Positions 53,448 through 63,034 of a DNA stretch of 64,000 bases are shown here, in pieces; within the stretch, counting starts at the first letter, position 1, and every line of letters begins with the position of its first letter. Source of the DNA: an uncultured delta proteobacterium (GTDB taxonomy: Bacteria; Desulfobacterota; Binatia; UBA9968). The stretch covers positions 96,001 to 160,000 of the forward strand of contig CAVWLW010000054.1 in the NCBI GenBank assembly GCA_963755715.1, given 5' to 3'. The notes under the pieces were generated by a model. It worked only from the letters and a program-made list of their open reading frames with translations. It searched no databases and was not told the origin of the DNA. The position numbers were made by a program, and so were the translations under genes.

Positions 53448-54641
53448 TTACCGTTTGGCTCGATATTCGCCAGACATCAGAAAAGCATCAATTGCCATTG
53501 TGAATGGCAGGCCTGAGTTGAGAGCCTCGACCCAAGCGGAAAACCCGCCAGGGTCGGGGTCGCGTTGCAGCAGATCGAAGTACAATAGGGACACATCCAG
53601 TCGGTTCTGGCTCACACTTAGGCTCTGAAACTCCAGCGAGTCCAGAAAGCTTAAAGCCACCTGCGCGCGCGTCATCTGCCCGCTATTCAAAACTCCCACC
53701 CAAGCGTTGAGTCCCCCCATGTCCGCCGAACGCAGCAATACGTTCGCGTACATCCTGTCGACAAACTGCGAGTTCGTTAAATTGCTGCCGAACTTCGCCT
53801 TAAATTCACCCGAGTCTAAAAAAAACTGCACGATCTGTTCCCGCGACATCCCGTCCAGCAATACCTCCAACCAAGCCCGAAAGCCGGCATAGTCAGCATC
53901 CCGAGTTAGAATCCCCAGATAGGTTCGTGCAATGAATTTCCCTTGAAAGTAGAATTCCTCGGAATCCATAAACGTCTCAATCAGGTTCGCTCTCGTAAGC
54001 CCGCCGTTCAGTGCATCGACCCAGCCCGAAAAGCCTCCAGCATCCGGCTCCCGATCGAGAAAATCCAAATACTGCTGACGAACAAAAAAACTATTTGTTG
54101 TGGCTGCACTTAATGCGAAATTCGCGGTGACACTCTTTTGCGAATTCATCGTCAAAGTGCATGAACCAGTCCCGGAGCACGCGCCGGACCAACCCGCAAA
54201 GACGGAACCGGCGGCAGCCGTCGCCGTTAACGTGACATTGGAGTTGCCGGCGAGCTGAACGTTACAATTCACGGTACAGTTAATTCCCGTGGGAGAACTT
54301 GTTATCTGGCCGGCGCCTGCGCCTGCTTTGACCAAACTAAGTGTCGCTTTCGTGAAACCACAGGTTACGCTCGTATAGGGTGAAGCTCCGGCGGAGCTGA
54401 ACGCGTTCACACGGTAGCAAAAGTTTGTCGCCTCCGGTAAATTTGAGTCTACGTAGCTCGTCACATTCTCCCCAACCGCGGCGATTTGGTTAAACGGGCC
54501 CGCGGCGGAAGTTGCTCGCTCGACGTTGAAGCCGGCTTCATTCGTTGAGTTGTCCTGCCATGTAACAGTCAACGAGCTCACCGCATCGGCGGTAGATCCC
54601 CATAGCAAGACAAATAACAGTTGAAGAAAAATACGATTCAT
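53448..54641 (-). CDS. Secreted fibronectin-III + InlB B-repeat-like + DUF4214 surface protein
   Basis: WQDNSTNEAGFNVER..YRVNA (FN3), VTLTATAAAGSVFAGWSGACSGTGSC and a DUF4214 tail. Confidence 0.88.
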   Translation of the reverse strand: MNRIFLQLLFVLLWGSTADAVSSLTVTWQDNSTNEAGFNVERATSAAGPFNQIAAVGENVTSYVDSNLPEATNFCYRVNAFSSAGASPYTSVTCGFTKATLSLVKAGAGAGQITSSPTGINCTVNCNVQLAGNSNVTLTATAAAGSVFAGWSGACSGTGSCTLTMNSQKSVTANFALSAATTNSFFVRQQYLDFLDREPDAGGFSGWVDALNGGLTRANLIETFMDSEEFYFQGKFIARTYLGILTRDADYAGFRAWLEVLLDGMSREQIVQFFLDSGEFKAKFGSNLTNSQFVDRMYANVLLRSADMGGLNAWVGVLNSGQMTRAQVALSFLDSLEFQSLSVSQNRLDVSLLYFDLLQRDPDPGGFSAWVEALNSGLPFTMAIDAFLMSGEYRAKR

Positions 54642-54919
54642 TAAAGTTCCCGCCCTCTGACCCGGCGGTTCATTTCTATCCAAGCTCTAGAGAGTCATTC
54701 AAAATACCTCGATGGCAACAAGAAATTCGAATTCCTATATTTGAATCGAATCGGCGCACACGAATGTTAAAAACAAACTGGGCTATTCGCCCATATAGCG
54801 ACATAATCTAGAAAGGCATGCCTCGAAATGAGGCCAGAGAAAAACGCTAATGCAATCCAAAAAATCAGTGGCAGACGCTGCTAAAACCGTGACTCTGCCC
54901 GAGAAAAGAAGCCTTTGGC

Positions 54920-54952
54920 ATAGGATCTCCAACGCTCCCATTGAGACCCTAT
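54920..54952 (-). terminator. Leader hairpin downstream of the riboswitch candidate (possible expression platform)
   Basis: ATAGGGTCTCAATG-GGAG-CGTTGGAGATCCTAT stem, conserved in both repeat copies; no immediate U-tract. Confidence 0.3.
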
Positions 54953-54968
54953 ACCGCATCCAGATTAT

Positions 54969-55055
54969 AACCTCTCTGGAACCGGCTATCAGGCTGTCGG
55001 CCTGACCCGTCGCTTTCGTCCAGCCTCATGACTAGTTTGCTTACCGAGAGAGGTT
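54969..55055 (-). ncRNA. Cyclic-dinucleotide riboswitch candidate (GEMM-I / c-di-GMP-I-like), copy 1
   Basis: AACCTCTCT-CGGTAA-GCAAA-CTAGTC-ATGA-GGCTGG-ACGAAAGC-GA-CGGGTC-AGGC(CGACA)GCCT-GATAGCCG-GTTCC-AGAGAGGTT follows the GEMM-I P1/P2/P3 layout, with deviations. Confidence 0.6.
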
Positions 55056-55078
55056 GAGTACTAAGTGCCGTCGTTTTA

Positions 55079-55095
55079 AGCATCACATATGCCAA
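55079..55095 (-). promoter_or_regulatory. sigma54 -24/-12 promoter
   Basis: TTGGCATATGTGATGCT with exact GG-N10-GC spacing; the second copy (55651-55667) has GC changed to AC at -12. Confidence 0.7.
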
Positions 55096-55209
55096 AGCAA
55101 TAGAAGCGATTTTTTGATCCAGCATGGTATTACATTAGCATGCAGTGACATTATTTCGACTTGTATTTACACAATTGATCCCATCCGGAATAGACATTTT
55201 TGTGGAGCA

Positions 55210-55233
55210 ACCTGTCCCAAATTCCGGACAGGT
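55210..55233. promoter_or_regulatory. Candidate enhancer (bEBP) binding palindrome
   Basis: Perfect ACCTGTCC-N8-GGACAGGT about 120-140 bp upstream of the sigma54 site; copy 2 at 55779-55803 has a 1-nt insertion. Confidence 0.6.
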
Positions 55234-55542
55234 GTCGTGCCTAAAGAATGGTTTTTCCTTCGCCCGTCAGAATCGAACAGAGTTTTAAGCTCATCAAAAA
55301 AACGAAGAACGGTCGAATCGGCGCACACGAGTGTTAAAGACAAACTGAGCCTATTGGCCCATATCACGCGACATAATCTAGCAAGGCATGCCTCGAAATG
55401 AGGCGAGAGAAAAACGCTAATGCAATCCAAAAAATCAGTGGCAGATCAGAGCTGCTAAAACCGTGACTCTGCCCGAGAAAAGATACCTTTGGCATAGGAT
55501 CTCCAACGCTCCCGTTGAGACCCTATACCGCATCCACATTAC

Positions 55543-55628
55543 AACCTCTCTGGAGGTATCAGGTTGTCGGCCTGATCGGTCGCTTTGCGTCCAGCCTCAT
55601 GGCTAGTTTGCTTTTACCAAGAGAGGTT
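55543..55628 (-). ncRNA. GEMM-I-like riboswitch candidate, copy 2 (P3 3' strand eroded)
   Basis: GGTAAAAGCAAA-CTAGCC-ATGA-GGCTGG-ACGCAAAGC core, closed by AACCTCTC/GAGAGGTT. Confidence 0.5.
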
Positions 55629-56180
55629 GAGTTCTAAGTGCGTCGTTTTAAGTATCACATATGCCAAAGCAATAGAAGCGATTTTTTGATCCAGCATGGT
55701 ATTAAATTAGCATGCAGTGACTTATTTCGACTTGTATTTATACAATTGATCCCATCCTGAATAGAATTTTTGTAAGCAACCTGTCCCAAATTCTGGAACA
55801 GGTGTCGTGCCTAAAGAATGGTTTTTCCTTCGCACGTCAGAATCGAAACAGGGTTATGCCCGCGCTTAATCATCGCAAAACGGCTGTTATCTTGTCCGTG
55901 ACAAACCACGGGATTTGATTTTTGGTAAATCGCACCAAAGACCAGTTTCTTCTTCGAGTTCGCGCAAAGCTGCACTCTCCCCTCCTTAACAAAATCGCGT
56001 GGAATCCCCAGGAGTAGCCTTGGATGGCGTGCCGATATGCCAAAATTAAACCGATTTTTTTATCTCAGAGGGGAAGCCCACCGCGACACCTGTCACAAGA
56101 TTGAACCTGACTTACTTGGGAGCCACCACAAGGCAATCTGAAACAGAGACTGGTCTTTCGATTTAAAAACGAGGAACCGA

Positions 56181-57752
56181 CTATTTTCGCAAGCAAGCGA
56201 CGTTACGCAGAGGAATCAATAACCAGCGATACCGAAGGGCCGAGCCGGTAGCGTACTTCCTCTCAAGCCGATGGGACACCATTTCCTTCATTTCCCGTGC
56301 TGTCTGAACTCCAAACTTCAGAGCGCTCATTTCCAGATATCCGGGATTATTAAAATAAACCTGAAACGCATGATCTCGGAAGCGAAGCACTTCCACCCCC
56401 GGCAGGTGTTTCGTTGGTAGAGGTAAAGTATCAACAGCATGTTGGGAGTAGCCGGACCATTTTTCCGGCAGCGGCCAGCCCTCTTTTAGCGCAAGACTAT
56501 AAAGGTGCGAACCCGGATAGGCCATGGCAGAATAGAAGTTCGCAAACTCGCAGTTCAAATCCAGGGCGAGATCCAGCGTTGCCTGCATGCTTTCCAGATT
56601 GTCCTCAGGCAATCCGAAAATATAATTGGCGATAACGTTGATTCCGGCGGCCCGAACCTTCTCAAGGGTTCGGAAAATCTCTTCTTGTCCAAACCCCTTG
56701 TCGACATCATCGCGCACGCGCTCACTGGCGGCCTCGATACCGAAGGCAAGCCAATTAAAGCCCGCGCGTTTGAGCTTGTCCAACATTTCTTCTTTCACCG
56801 TGTCCACTCGGGCGTAAGCCCAGATATTTAAGTCATAGCCGCGGTCAATGATGGCGTCGCAGATGCCGAGCACATGGCGCGGATTCAAGACAAACATCTC
56901 GTCGGCGATCTTGATGTTTCGCACGCCATACTCTTCGACCAGTTTATCTATTTGCCCAATGACAGCCTGTGGACTCCAGAATCGATAGCTGTTTACGCTT
57001 TCCTTCCAGCCCGCTACTTTTTCGCCACTTTTAAAGGGCGCTTGAATGCAGCAAAAACTGCAGTGATAGGGGCACCCAAAGGTTGTATAGAGCGACGCGT
57101 AAGGTTGGCGCTCAAGATCGCCGAAACAGTGCCAGTTATGCGCGCGATATTTTTTCATCGGCAAAAGATCCCACGCCATCTCCGGCATTTCATGATCCAG
57201 ATCCTTAACCAGTGGTGCCGCCGGGCTCGATCGAACCGCGCCGTCTTCTGTGTAGCAAAGGCCCCGGACTTTAGAATAATCAGCTCGACCAGATTTAAGA
57301 GCTTCCAAAAGCTCAAGAACAGTATATGGGCCCTCGCCGGAGCAGACAAAATCGGCAGCCTCTTCTTGCAACGTGCGCTCCGGCAGCGCTGCGACATGCC
57401 CGCCGACCATAAGCACCTTTCGCTCAGGGTTCATTTGCTTGAGCGCCGCGCAAATCGCACCTGCGGCGGTCATGTTTTGTGTTGAAGCTGACGGCTGATG
57501 GCCGTAAACGACGACTGCAGCCAGAAGCGGATTCATCTCAGCCACTCGCGTCGCTGTTGCTTCCGGGCTCAAGTCATCACCTTCCGCATCCAGCACAGCA
57601 ACGGAAAACCCGCGCCGGCGCACAAAGGTAGCCATCAAACTCGCCCAAACGGGAGGTTCAATGGCCGAGAGCGACGAACCCAACGACTGATAAATCTGCG
57701 TTCGGCTTCCGGGATGGATCAGCACCAAGTCTAGGTCGCGCTTAGAGTCCAT
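56181..57752 (-). CDS. Cobalamin-dependent radical SAM enzyme
   Basis: N-terminal B12-binding domain (PPVW, GGHV, GEG), GCPYHCSFC, ADEMF, YARVD and FGLPED. Confidence 0.9.
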   Translation of the reverse strand: MDSKRDLDLVLIHPGSRTQIYQSLGSSLSAIEPPVWASLMATFVRRRGFSVAVLDAEGDDLSPEATATRVAEMNPLLAAVVVYGHQPSASTQNMTAAGAICAALKQMNPERKVLMVGGHVAALPERTLQEEAADFVCSGEGPYTVLELLEALKSGRADYSKVRGLCYTEDGAVRSSPAAPLVKDLDHEMPEMAWDLLPMKKYRAHNWHCFGDLERQPYASLYTTFGCPYHCSFCCIQAPFKSGEKVAGWKESVNSYRFWSPQAVIGQIDKLVEEYGVRNIKIADEMFVLNPRHVLGICDAIIDRGYDLNIWAYARVDTVKEEMLDKLKRAGFNWLAFGIEAASERVRDDVDKGFGQEEIFRTLEKVRAAGINVIANYIFGLPEDNLESMQATLDLALDLNCEFANFYSAMAYPGSHLYSLALKEGWPLPEKWSGYSQHAVDTLPLPTKHLPGVEVLRFRDHAFQVYFNNPGYLEMSALKFGVQTAREMKEMVSHRLERKYATGSALRYRWLLIPLRNVACLRK

Positions 57753-58956
57753 GAGATCTTTCGTTGCCGGAAAGATTATTTAAGATGCTACAAAGCCGCA
57801 AAATTTTTTCGCGTTCCAGCCCCGGATAGTTGCCAATATAAAAGCCGTAAAAATGAATATGGTTCACAGCCGGATATTTCTCAAATTCTGTCTCACCCAT
57901 GATTTTTTTTAGATACGGCTGTCGGAGCTGGTTGCCTCCCCCGGACGTACCGCGGCGAAATTCAACTCCATGTTGACTCAGAGTCTGCATTACGTTATCG
58001 CACAAGACTGGATCAGCACACTTGAGCACCAACGTAAAGGCGTAGTTGCAGCTTCCCTCAACGGCAAAGTCAGTCTGGTATTTTTCCGAGTCCAAATTTT
58101 TGAGAAACAGACGGAGATTTTCCGTCCTTAATTCATTGTTTTCGTCTAGTCGCTTTAATTGCGAGCGTCCGATCACTGCGCTGATTTCGGTGCTTCGCAT
58201 ATTGTAGCCGGGAAACGCAAAGATAAAATACGGATTGAGGTCCGGGTGCTTCTCTGAGTAGGTTTGGCGGAGTTCTGGTGATTTGGACTCGCGCACCATG
58301 CCGTGAGACCGCAGCATGCGCAGTGTTTCATAGAGTATTTGGTCATTGGTGCATATCATTCCGCCTTCGACCGTGCTCATGTGATGGGCATAATAGAAGG
58401 AAAAATTTGACATCAGTCCGAAAGTCCCGAGCTTTCGTCCCTCAAAAGTAGCGCCGTGCGACTCGCAAGCATCTTCGATCAGGGGCACCTGGCGAGCTTG
58501 GAGTTCCGCTATCAAGTGCGCGTCCAACGCATTATATCCAAGGATATGCGTAAGGAAGACCGCTTTCGTTCGTGGCGTGATTTTATTGAGCACCTGAAGA
58601 GGGTCCATCCCGAGGGTCCGTGGATTGATATCGACGAAGACGGGCTTGAAGCCGCACTGAATTACAGATGCAATGTCGGACACCCAGGTGAGCGTGGGAA
58701 CAATCACTTCGCCCAAACCATAAACTTCTCGAAGTGCTGTGATCGTTAATAGGTTCGCTGATGATCCTGAATTCACGAGGACACTGAAATCGACCCCAAG
58801 CCAACGGGACCATTCCTGCTCAAATGCTTCAACTTGACTCGACTGAGTTAGAATTGGCACCTCGGTTTGGAGGAAATCGATTACCGCCTGAGCGTCGCAT
58901 GGCAGGATGTTATTGCGCATCAGAGGCCAATCTAAATTTTCTTTTGCGCACTTCAT
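57742..58956 (-). CDS. DegT-fold PMP enzyme, ColD-like 3-dehydratase
   Basis: VNSGSSANLL, EDACESHGA and SFYYAHHMSTVEGG, with His in place of the usual Lys; no obvious Fe-S cysteine cluster. Confidence 0.8.
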   Translation of the reverse strand: MKCAKENLDWPLMRNNILPCDAQAVIDFLQTEVPILTQSSQVEAFEQEWSRWLGVDFSVLVNSGSSANLLTITALREVYGLGEVIVPTLTWVSDIASVIQCGFKPVFVDINPRTLGMDPLQVLNKITPRTKAVFLTHILGYNALDAHLIAELQARQVPLIEDACESHGATFEGRKLGTFGLMSNFSFYYAHHMSTVEGGMICTNDQILYETLRMLRSHGMVRESKSPELRQTYSEKHPDLNPYFIFAFPGYNMRSTEISAVIGRSQLKRLDENNELRTENLRLFLKNLDSEKYQTDFAVEGSCNYAFTLVLKCADPVLCDNVMQTLSQHGVEFRRGTSGGGNQLRQPYLKKIMGETEFEKYPAVNHIHFYGFYIGNYPGLEREKILRLCSILNNLSGNERSHGL

Positions 58957-58960
58957 GGGA

Positions 58961-60007
58961 TTAAAAAGGACCCCTAAACTGAATCTCTTGCAATTCCAAC
59001 TTTTCTTCCGGGAGCCAACCCTTCTCGTCGCCCGTGACAAGATCATAAACAGCCGCGGCAATCGTCCTCGAGTTGGGATAATAGAGATTCTCCAATGGTG
59101 GGGTCGGTGGACAAGTCACCGGTGCAAACCCCATTCGTCGAACGAGCACCGGCCTGATTCCTTGGAGCCGTTCGACGACGAGTGCGATGATTTCCGCACT
59201 GGCTCCGCAAGTAACCCAGTCATTATCGACGACGCATAATCGGCCAGTTTTTCGTACTGATTCGACTATCGTGTCAATATCCAGCGGACTTAACCAGATC
59301 GGATCAATCACCTCGGCTTGAATGTCGGCGGACTCCAGATAACTGCGCGCGCGCAGGCATTCAAGCTGCATGTGAGAAATCCCGACCAGCGTTACATCCG
59401 ATCCCGGCGCAGTGATGCGCGCTTTGCCGGGAGCAACGGTGTAGAGAGACTCCGGCACGGGGCCTTTTTGAAAATGTAAAATACGGTGTTCGACGTACAT
59501 CACGGGGTCGTTGTCGCGAATAGCTTGAACGAGACACCCTTTGGCATCGTACGGCGTCGTCGGCGCAACTACTTTTAATCCCGGCACATGCATAAAAAAA
59601 GAGTAAAGCCCCTGGGAATGCTGCGCGCCCTGGCCCCAACTTTTGCCGATCATCGAGCGAACCACCATCGGCACCTGCACCTGACCGCCGTACATATAGC
59701 GACTCTTGGCCGCGATGTTGATCAACTGGTTCATCGCCAGCATGAGAAAATCCATACGGATATGCACGTGGACCGGACGCAATCCGGCCAGAGCCGCGCC
59801 GATGGCCACACCCGTCATCGCATCCTCGGATAGCGGCGTACCGAAGACGCGCTCCGACCCGTATTTTTCCAACAGTCCGCGCGTCGTACCTTGAATCGCC
59901 TTGGGATCGTCCACGTCGAGACCAAATACGATGACCGACGGATCTCGGGCCATTTCCTGGTCGGTCGCTTCCCGGACCGCTTCGACGTAGGAGAGCTCGC
60001 GCTTCAT
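58961..60007 (-). CDS. TPP-dependent dehydrogenase E1 beta-like subunit
   Basis: TPLSED, GLRPVHVH, GQGAQHSQ and PGLKVVAP. Confidence 0.9.
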   Translation of the reverse strand: MKRELSYVEAVREATDQEMARDPSVIVFGLDVDDPKAIQGTTRGLLEKYGSERVFGTPLSEDAMTGVAIGAALAGLRPVHVHIRMDFLMLAMNQLINIAAKSRYMYGGQVQVPMVVRSMIGKSWGQGAQHSQGLYSFFMHVPGLKVVAPTTPYDAKGCLVQAIRDNDPVMYVEHRILHFQKGPVPESLYTVAPGKARITAPGSDVTLVGISHMQLECLRARSYLESADIQAEVIDPIWLSPLDIDTIVESVRKTGRLCVVDNDWVTCGASAEIIALVVERLQGIRPVLVRRMGFAPVTCPPTPPLENLYYPNSRTIAAAVYDLVTGDEKGWLPEEKLELQEIQFRGPF

Positions 60008-60013
60008 ATACTC

Positions 60014-60954
60014 TCAGGCTTCAAAAACATCCGTATAGAGCTCGGCGGCTTGCGGAAACGGGCTGCGCTCGGCGAAAGCAAACGCGTCGCGTATCTCGGT
60101 TTCAACGGCCGCCTCAATTTCGCGCCGCCGTTGCGGGTCAAGGCGATCACCGAGCTGCTTAATCGGATCGGCTTTGATCCACGGTTCGGCCTCTTCGCGG
60201 CTGCGGTATCCGAGTTGGAAATCGTCGTTAGGGTCCGACGTGCTCCTTCAATCGGTAGGTTAGGCACTCAAAAAAGAATGGCCCGGGCTGCCCCGAACGA
60301 AGCCTGCCCAACCGCTTCATTCACTCTTTCATAGATGCGCACCACGTCGTTGTCCGGGATCTGTTCCGCAGGCATGCCATGGATGCGCGCTCGTTCGCAT
60401 ATATTATTGAGCTTTTGTCGCTGCAGTTGGTGGGTATGAATGGCGTATAAATTGTTCTCGCAAACAAAAATAATAGGAAGAGACTTGAGTGCAGCAAAGT
60501 TCAGACTTTCATGAAAGACGCCCTCATCGACGGCGCCGTCGCCAAAAACACTCACCACAACGGAATCTTTGCGTTGCAATTTTAGCGCATAAGCAAAGCC
60601 GACCGCCTGAGGGATGGTCGTGCCTACAACTGCGGATGCGCCCATCACTCGAGCCGCCACGTCGATCAAATGCATCGATCCGCCCTTGCCCTTGGCGCAA
60701 CCATCGAGCTTGCCGTAAAGCTCGGCGATCATTTTTTGGAGGTCACCGCCCTTGGCCAAATACAAAGCGTGACTTCTGTAAGTTCCAAAAACGACATCGT
60801 CGCGACCAAGCGCCTCGCAGACACCGACCGACACAGCCTCCTGCCCTATGGACAGATGAACGGGACTCTTGATCTTGTCCGTCGGATAAACCGCGGCGAT
60901 TTCCTCTTCGACCCGCCGGATCCGATACAGAGCTCTATAAAATCGCTCGATCAT
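60014..60954 (-). CDS. TPP-dependent dehydrogenase E1 alpha-like subunit (frameshifts near 60308 and 60230)
   Basis: HLSIGQEA, GGSMH and GDGA..ENN; shifted frames give ECLTYRLKEHVGP and SPFPQAAELYTDVF. Confidence 0.88.
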
Positions 60955-61897
60955 CCGCTTTCCCTTTAGCATCGCCGCAGTGTTTTAGAAACCAATCATA
61001 CGTCAGCATCAGTGCTGTGCGAATAGAGGTACGCGGTTTCCAACCCATCTGCGCCAAACAGCTGGAATCCAGAAGCTTTGCCGGCATGCCGTCCGGTTTG
61101 CTTTGATCGAAGGTCAATTCGCCGGTGTAGCCTACGACGTCGCGGATCATCTCGGCGATCTCTTTAATGGACCAATCGCATCCCACACCAATGTTGATCG
61201 GCTCTTCGCCGTCGTAAACATCCATCAGAAATAAACATGCACGAGCGAGATCTTGAGAGAAGATAAATTCGCGCCGCGGCAGCCCGCTACCCCAAATTTC
61301 CACATGGGCATCGCCGCGGGTCTTTGCCTCGTGCATTCGGCGCATCAGAGCTCCGATCACGTGCGAGTCCTCAGGACTGAAATCGTCGCCCGGGCCAAAG
61401 ACGTTGGCAGGAATCGCGGTAATCATCTGCTTACCGAATTGCTGGCGGTAGGCTCGGCACAGAAAAAGGCCGGCGAGTTTGGCGACCGCGTAGGGTTCAT
61501 TCGTCGGCTCCAATTTACCGGTAGTCAGATACTCGACTTTCATCGGTTGCTCGGAAAACTTCGGGTAAATGCAGGAGCTGGCAAGATAGAGCAACTTTTG
61601 AACACCGTGGCGGTGAGCGCTGTCAAGCACGTGACAATTCACCAACAAATTGTCACGCATTAAATCCGCCGGATAGCGCCGATTGGCCGCGATGCCACCC
61701 GTCCTCCCTCCGATGAGAAACACATAACCGGGGAGGTTACGAGCAAAATACTCATCGACTTCGGCAGCATCGGCAATTTTTGGGCTGTCTTGCTCACCGA
61801 AAAGGTACTCGTAACCCGCTCGTTTGAGCTCGGCAAAAATTTCTCGTCCTACGAGGCCATCGTTGTCAGCCACGTAGATTCTTGCGCTCTTATCCAT
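60935..61897 (-). CDS. fcl: GDP-L-fucose synthase / ColC-like epimerase-reductase
   Basis: GGIAAN, SSCIYPK, LEPTNEPYAVAK, SHVI and DQSKPDG. Confidence 0.88.
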   Translation of the reverse strand: MDKSARIYVADNDGLVGREIFAELKRAGYEYLFGEQDSPKIADAAEVDEYFARNLPGYVFLIGGRTGGIAANRRYPADLMRDNLLVNCHVLDSAHRHGVQKLLYLASSCIYPKFSEQPMKVEYLTTGKLEPTNEPYAVAKLAGLFLCRAYRQQFGKQMITAIPANVFGPGDDFSPEDSHVIGALMRRMHEAKTRGDAHVEIWGSGLPRREFIFSQDLARACLFLMDVYDGEEPINIGVGCDWSIKEIAEMIRDVVGYTGELTFDQSKPDGMPAKLLDSSCLAQMGWKPRTSIRTALMLTYDWFLKHCGDAKGKADDRAIL

Positions 61898-61939
61898 GCT
61901 ATGGAGCGAACAAACGGAAACCCAACCGCGATTATTTTT

Positions 61940-63034
61940 TCAACTGCCGAAGTGCGATTTGTCTCGGCGGGTCGCGTCGCTAGCCGAACCTTCATCTAAA
62001 CAGTCAAATTCCTCTGAAGCGCGTGCCATTTCCTCGGTGAAATACTCTTCCGCCGGATCAAAAAAGATAATCTGACTACCGGCAAATTCAAAACGGAACG
62101 GCACGTAGATCAGCTTCTTAAGACTTTCTCTCACTACCATTTGCTTCTCCGGGGGCACAAAAAGAAGCATAAACCCTCCGCCGCCGGCGCCCAGCAACTT
62201 ACCTCCTAAAGCGCCTTTCGCAATTGCCACTGCATAAATTTCATCAACATACGTATTGGAGACCTTGGCGCTCAAGCCGCGCTTGGCGTGCCAAGCTTCG
62301 TGCAGCAACGTGCCAAACGCGGAAATATCTTGACCGCCATTCAAAATCGCAATGCTCTCGTCAACCAAGTCTTTCATGATACGCAACTGGCTCTTCTTTC
62401 CATTCAAGTCGGTAATATAACTTTCGGCAATATCGGACGCTGTACGCTCGATCCCCGAGTAAAAAAGCATAAGATGCGAATTGAGTTCTTTCAGCCGGTC
62501 GGCCGAGACGGTAACGGGTCGCACAGAGATTTCTCCATTCTGGGCAAAGACGACATGATTAAATCCGCCGAATGCCGCCAGCACCTGATCCTGCGACCCC
62601 ACGGTTTCTTTGATCAACTCTTGTTCAATGCGGATGCTCTCCAAAGCCAGTTGCCGCTTGCTGGGCATCTGGCCTTGCAAGGCGTAGAGGGCATGAAGCA
62701 ATCCCACTGTGAATGAAGAGCTGGATCCCATTCCGCTGCGCGCCGGAAGATCGCCGTCATGATGAATCTCCATGCCGCGTTCGATGCCCGAAAAACGCAG
62801 GACCTCGCGAACCGCGGGATGAACGATGTCATCGACACTTCGACAATTTTCAATACGAGAATAAACAAGGCGAATTCGATGCTTGAAAAAGGGCGGCAGA
62901 TATCGACAGGTAAGATAACAATATTTGTCGATGGTCGTACCGAGCACCGTACCGCCATGATCGCGGTACCATATGGGATAATCGGTGCCGCCGCCAAAGA
63001 ACGATATACGAAAGGGCGTTCGACTAATGACCAT
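61940..63034 (-). CDS. hddA: D-glycero-alpha-D-manno-heptose 7-phosphate kinase (GHMP)
   Basis: RTPFRISFFGGGTD, PARSGMGSSS, GSQDQ and LGAGGGG. Confidence 0.88.
   Translation of the reverse strand: MVISRTPFRISFFGGGTDYPIWYRDHGGTVLGTTIDKYCYLTCRYLPPFFKHRIRLVYSRIENCRSVDDIVHPAVREVLRFSGIERGMEIHHDGDLPARSGMGSSSSFTVGLLHALYALQGQMPSKRQLALESIRIEQELIKETVGSQDQVLAAFGGFNHVVFAQNGEISVRPVTVSADRLKELNSHLMLFYSGIERTASDIAESYITDLNGKKSQLRIMKDLVDESIAILNGGQDISAFGTLLHEAWHAKRGLSAKVSNTYVDEIYAVAIAKGALGGKLLGAGGGGFMLLFVPPEKQMVVRESLKKLIYVPFRFEFAGSQIIFFDPAEEYFTEEMARASEEFDCLDEGSASDATRRDKSHFGS

Larger units (their letters stand above)
54746..55852. repeat. Tandem duplication of a ~540-bp non-coding unit (54746-55282 and 55313-55852)
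   Basis: Both copies begin tcgaatcggcgcacacga and end near gtcagaatcgaa; collinear, with scattered substitutions and indels. Confidence 0.95.

Noticed and set aside
55054-55430. ORFs 55054..55401 and 55167..55430
   Set aside because: They lie in the duplicated regulatory unit and the frames are not preserved in the other copy
58961-60954. Housekeeping pyruvate dehydrogenase
   Set aside because: No E2/E3 genes adjacent, and the pair is embedded among sugar-pathway genes
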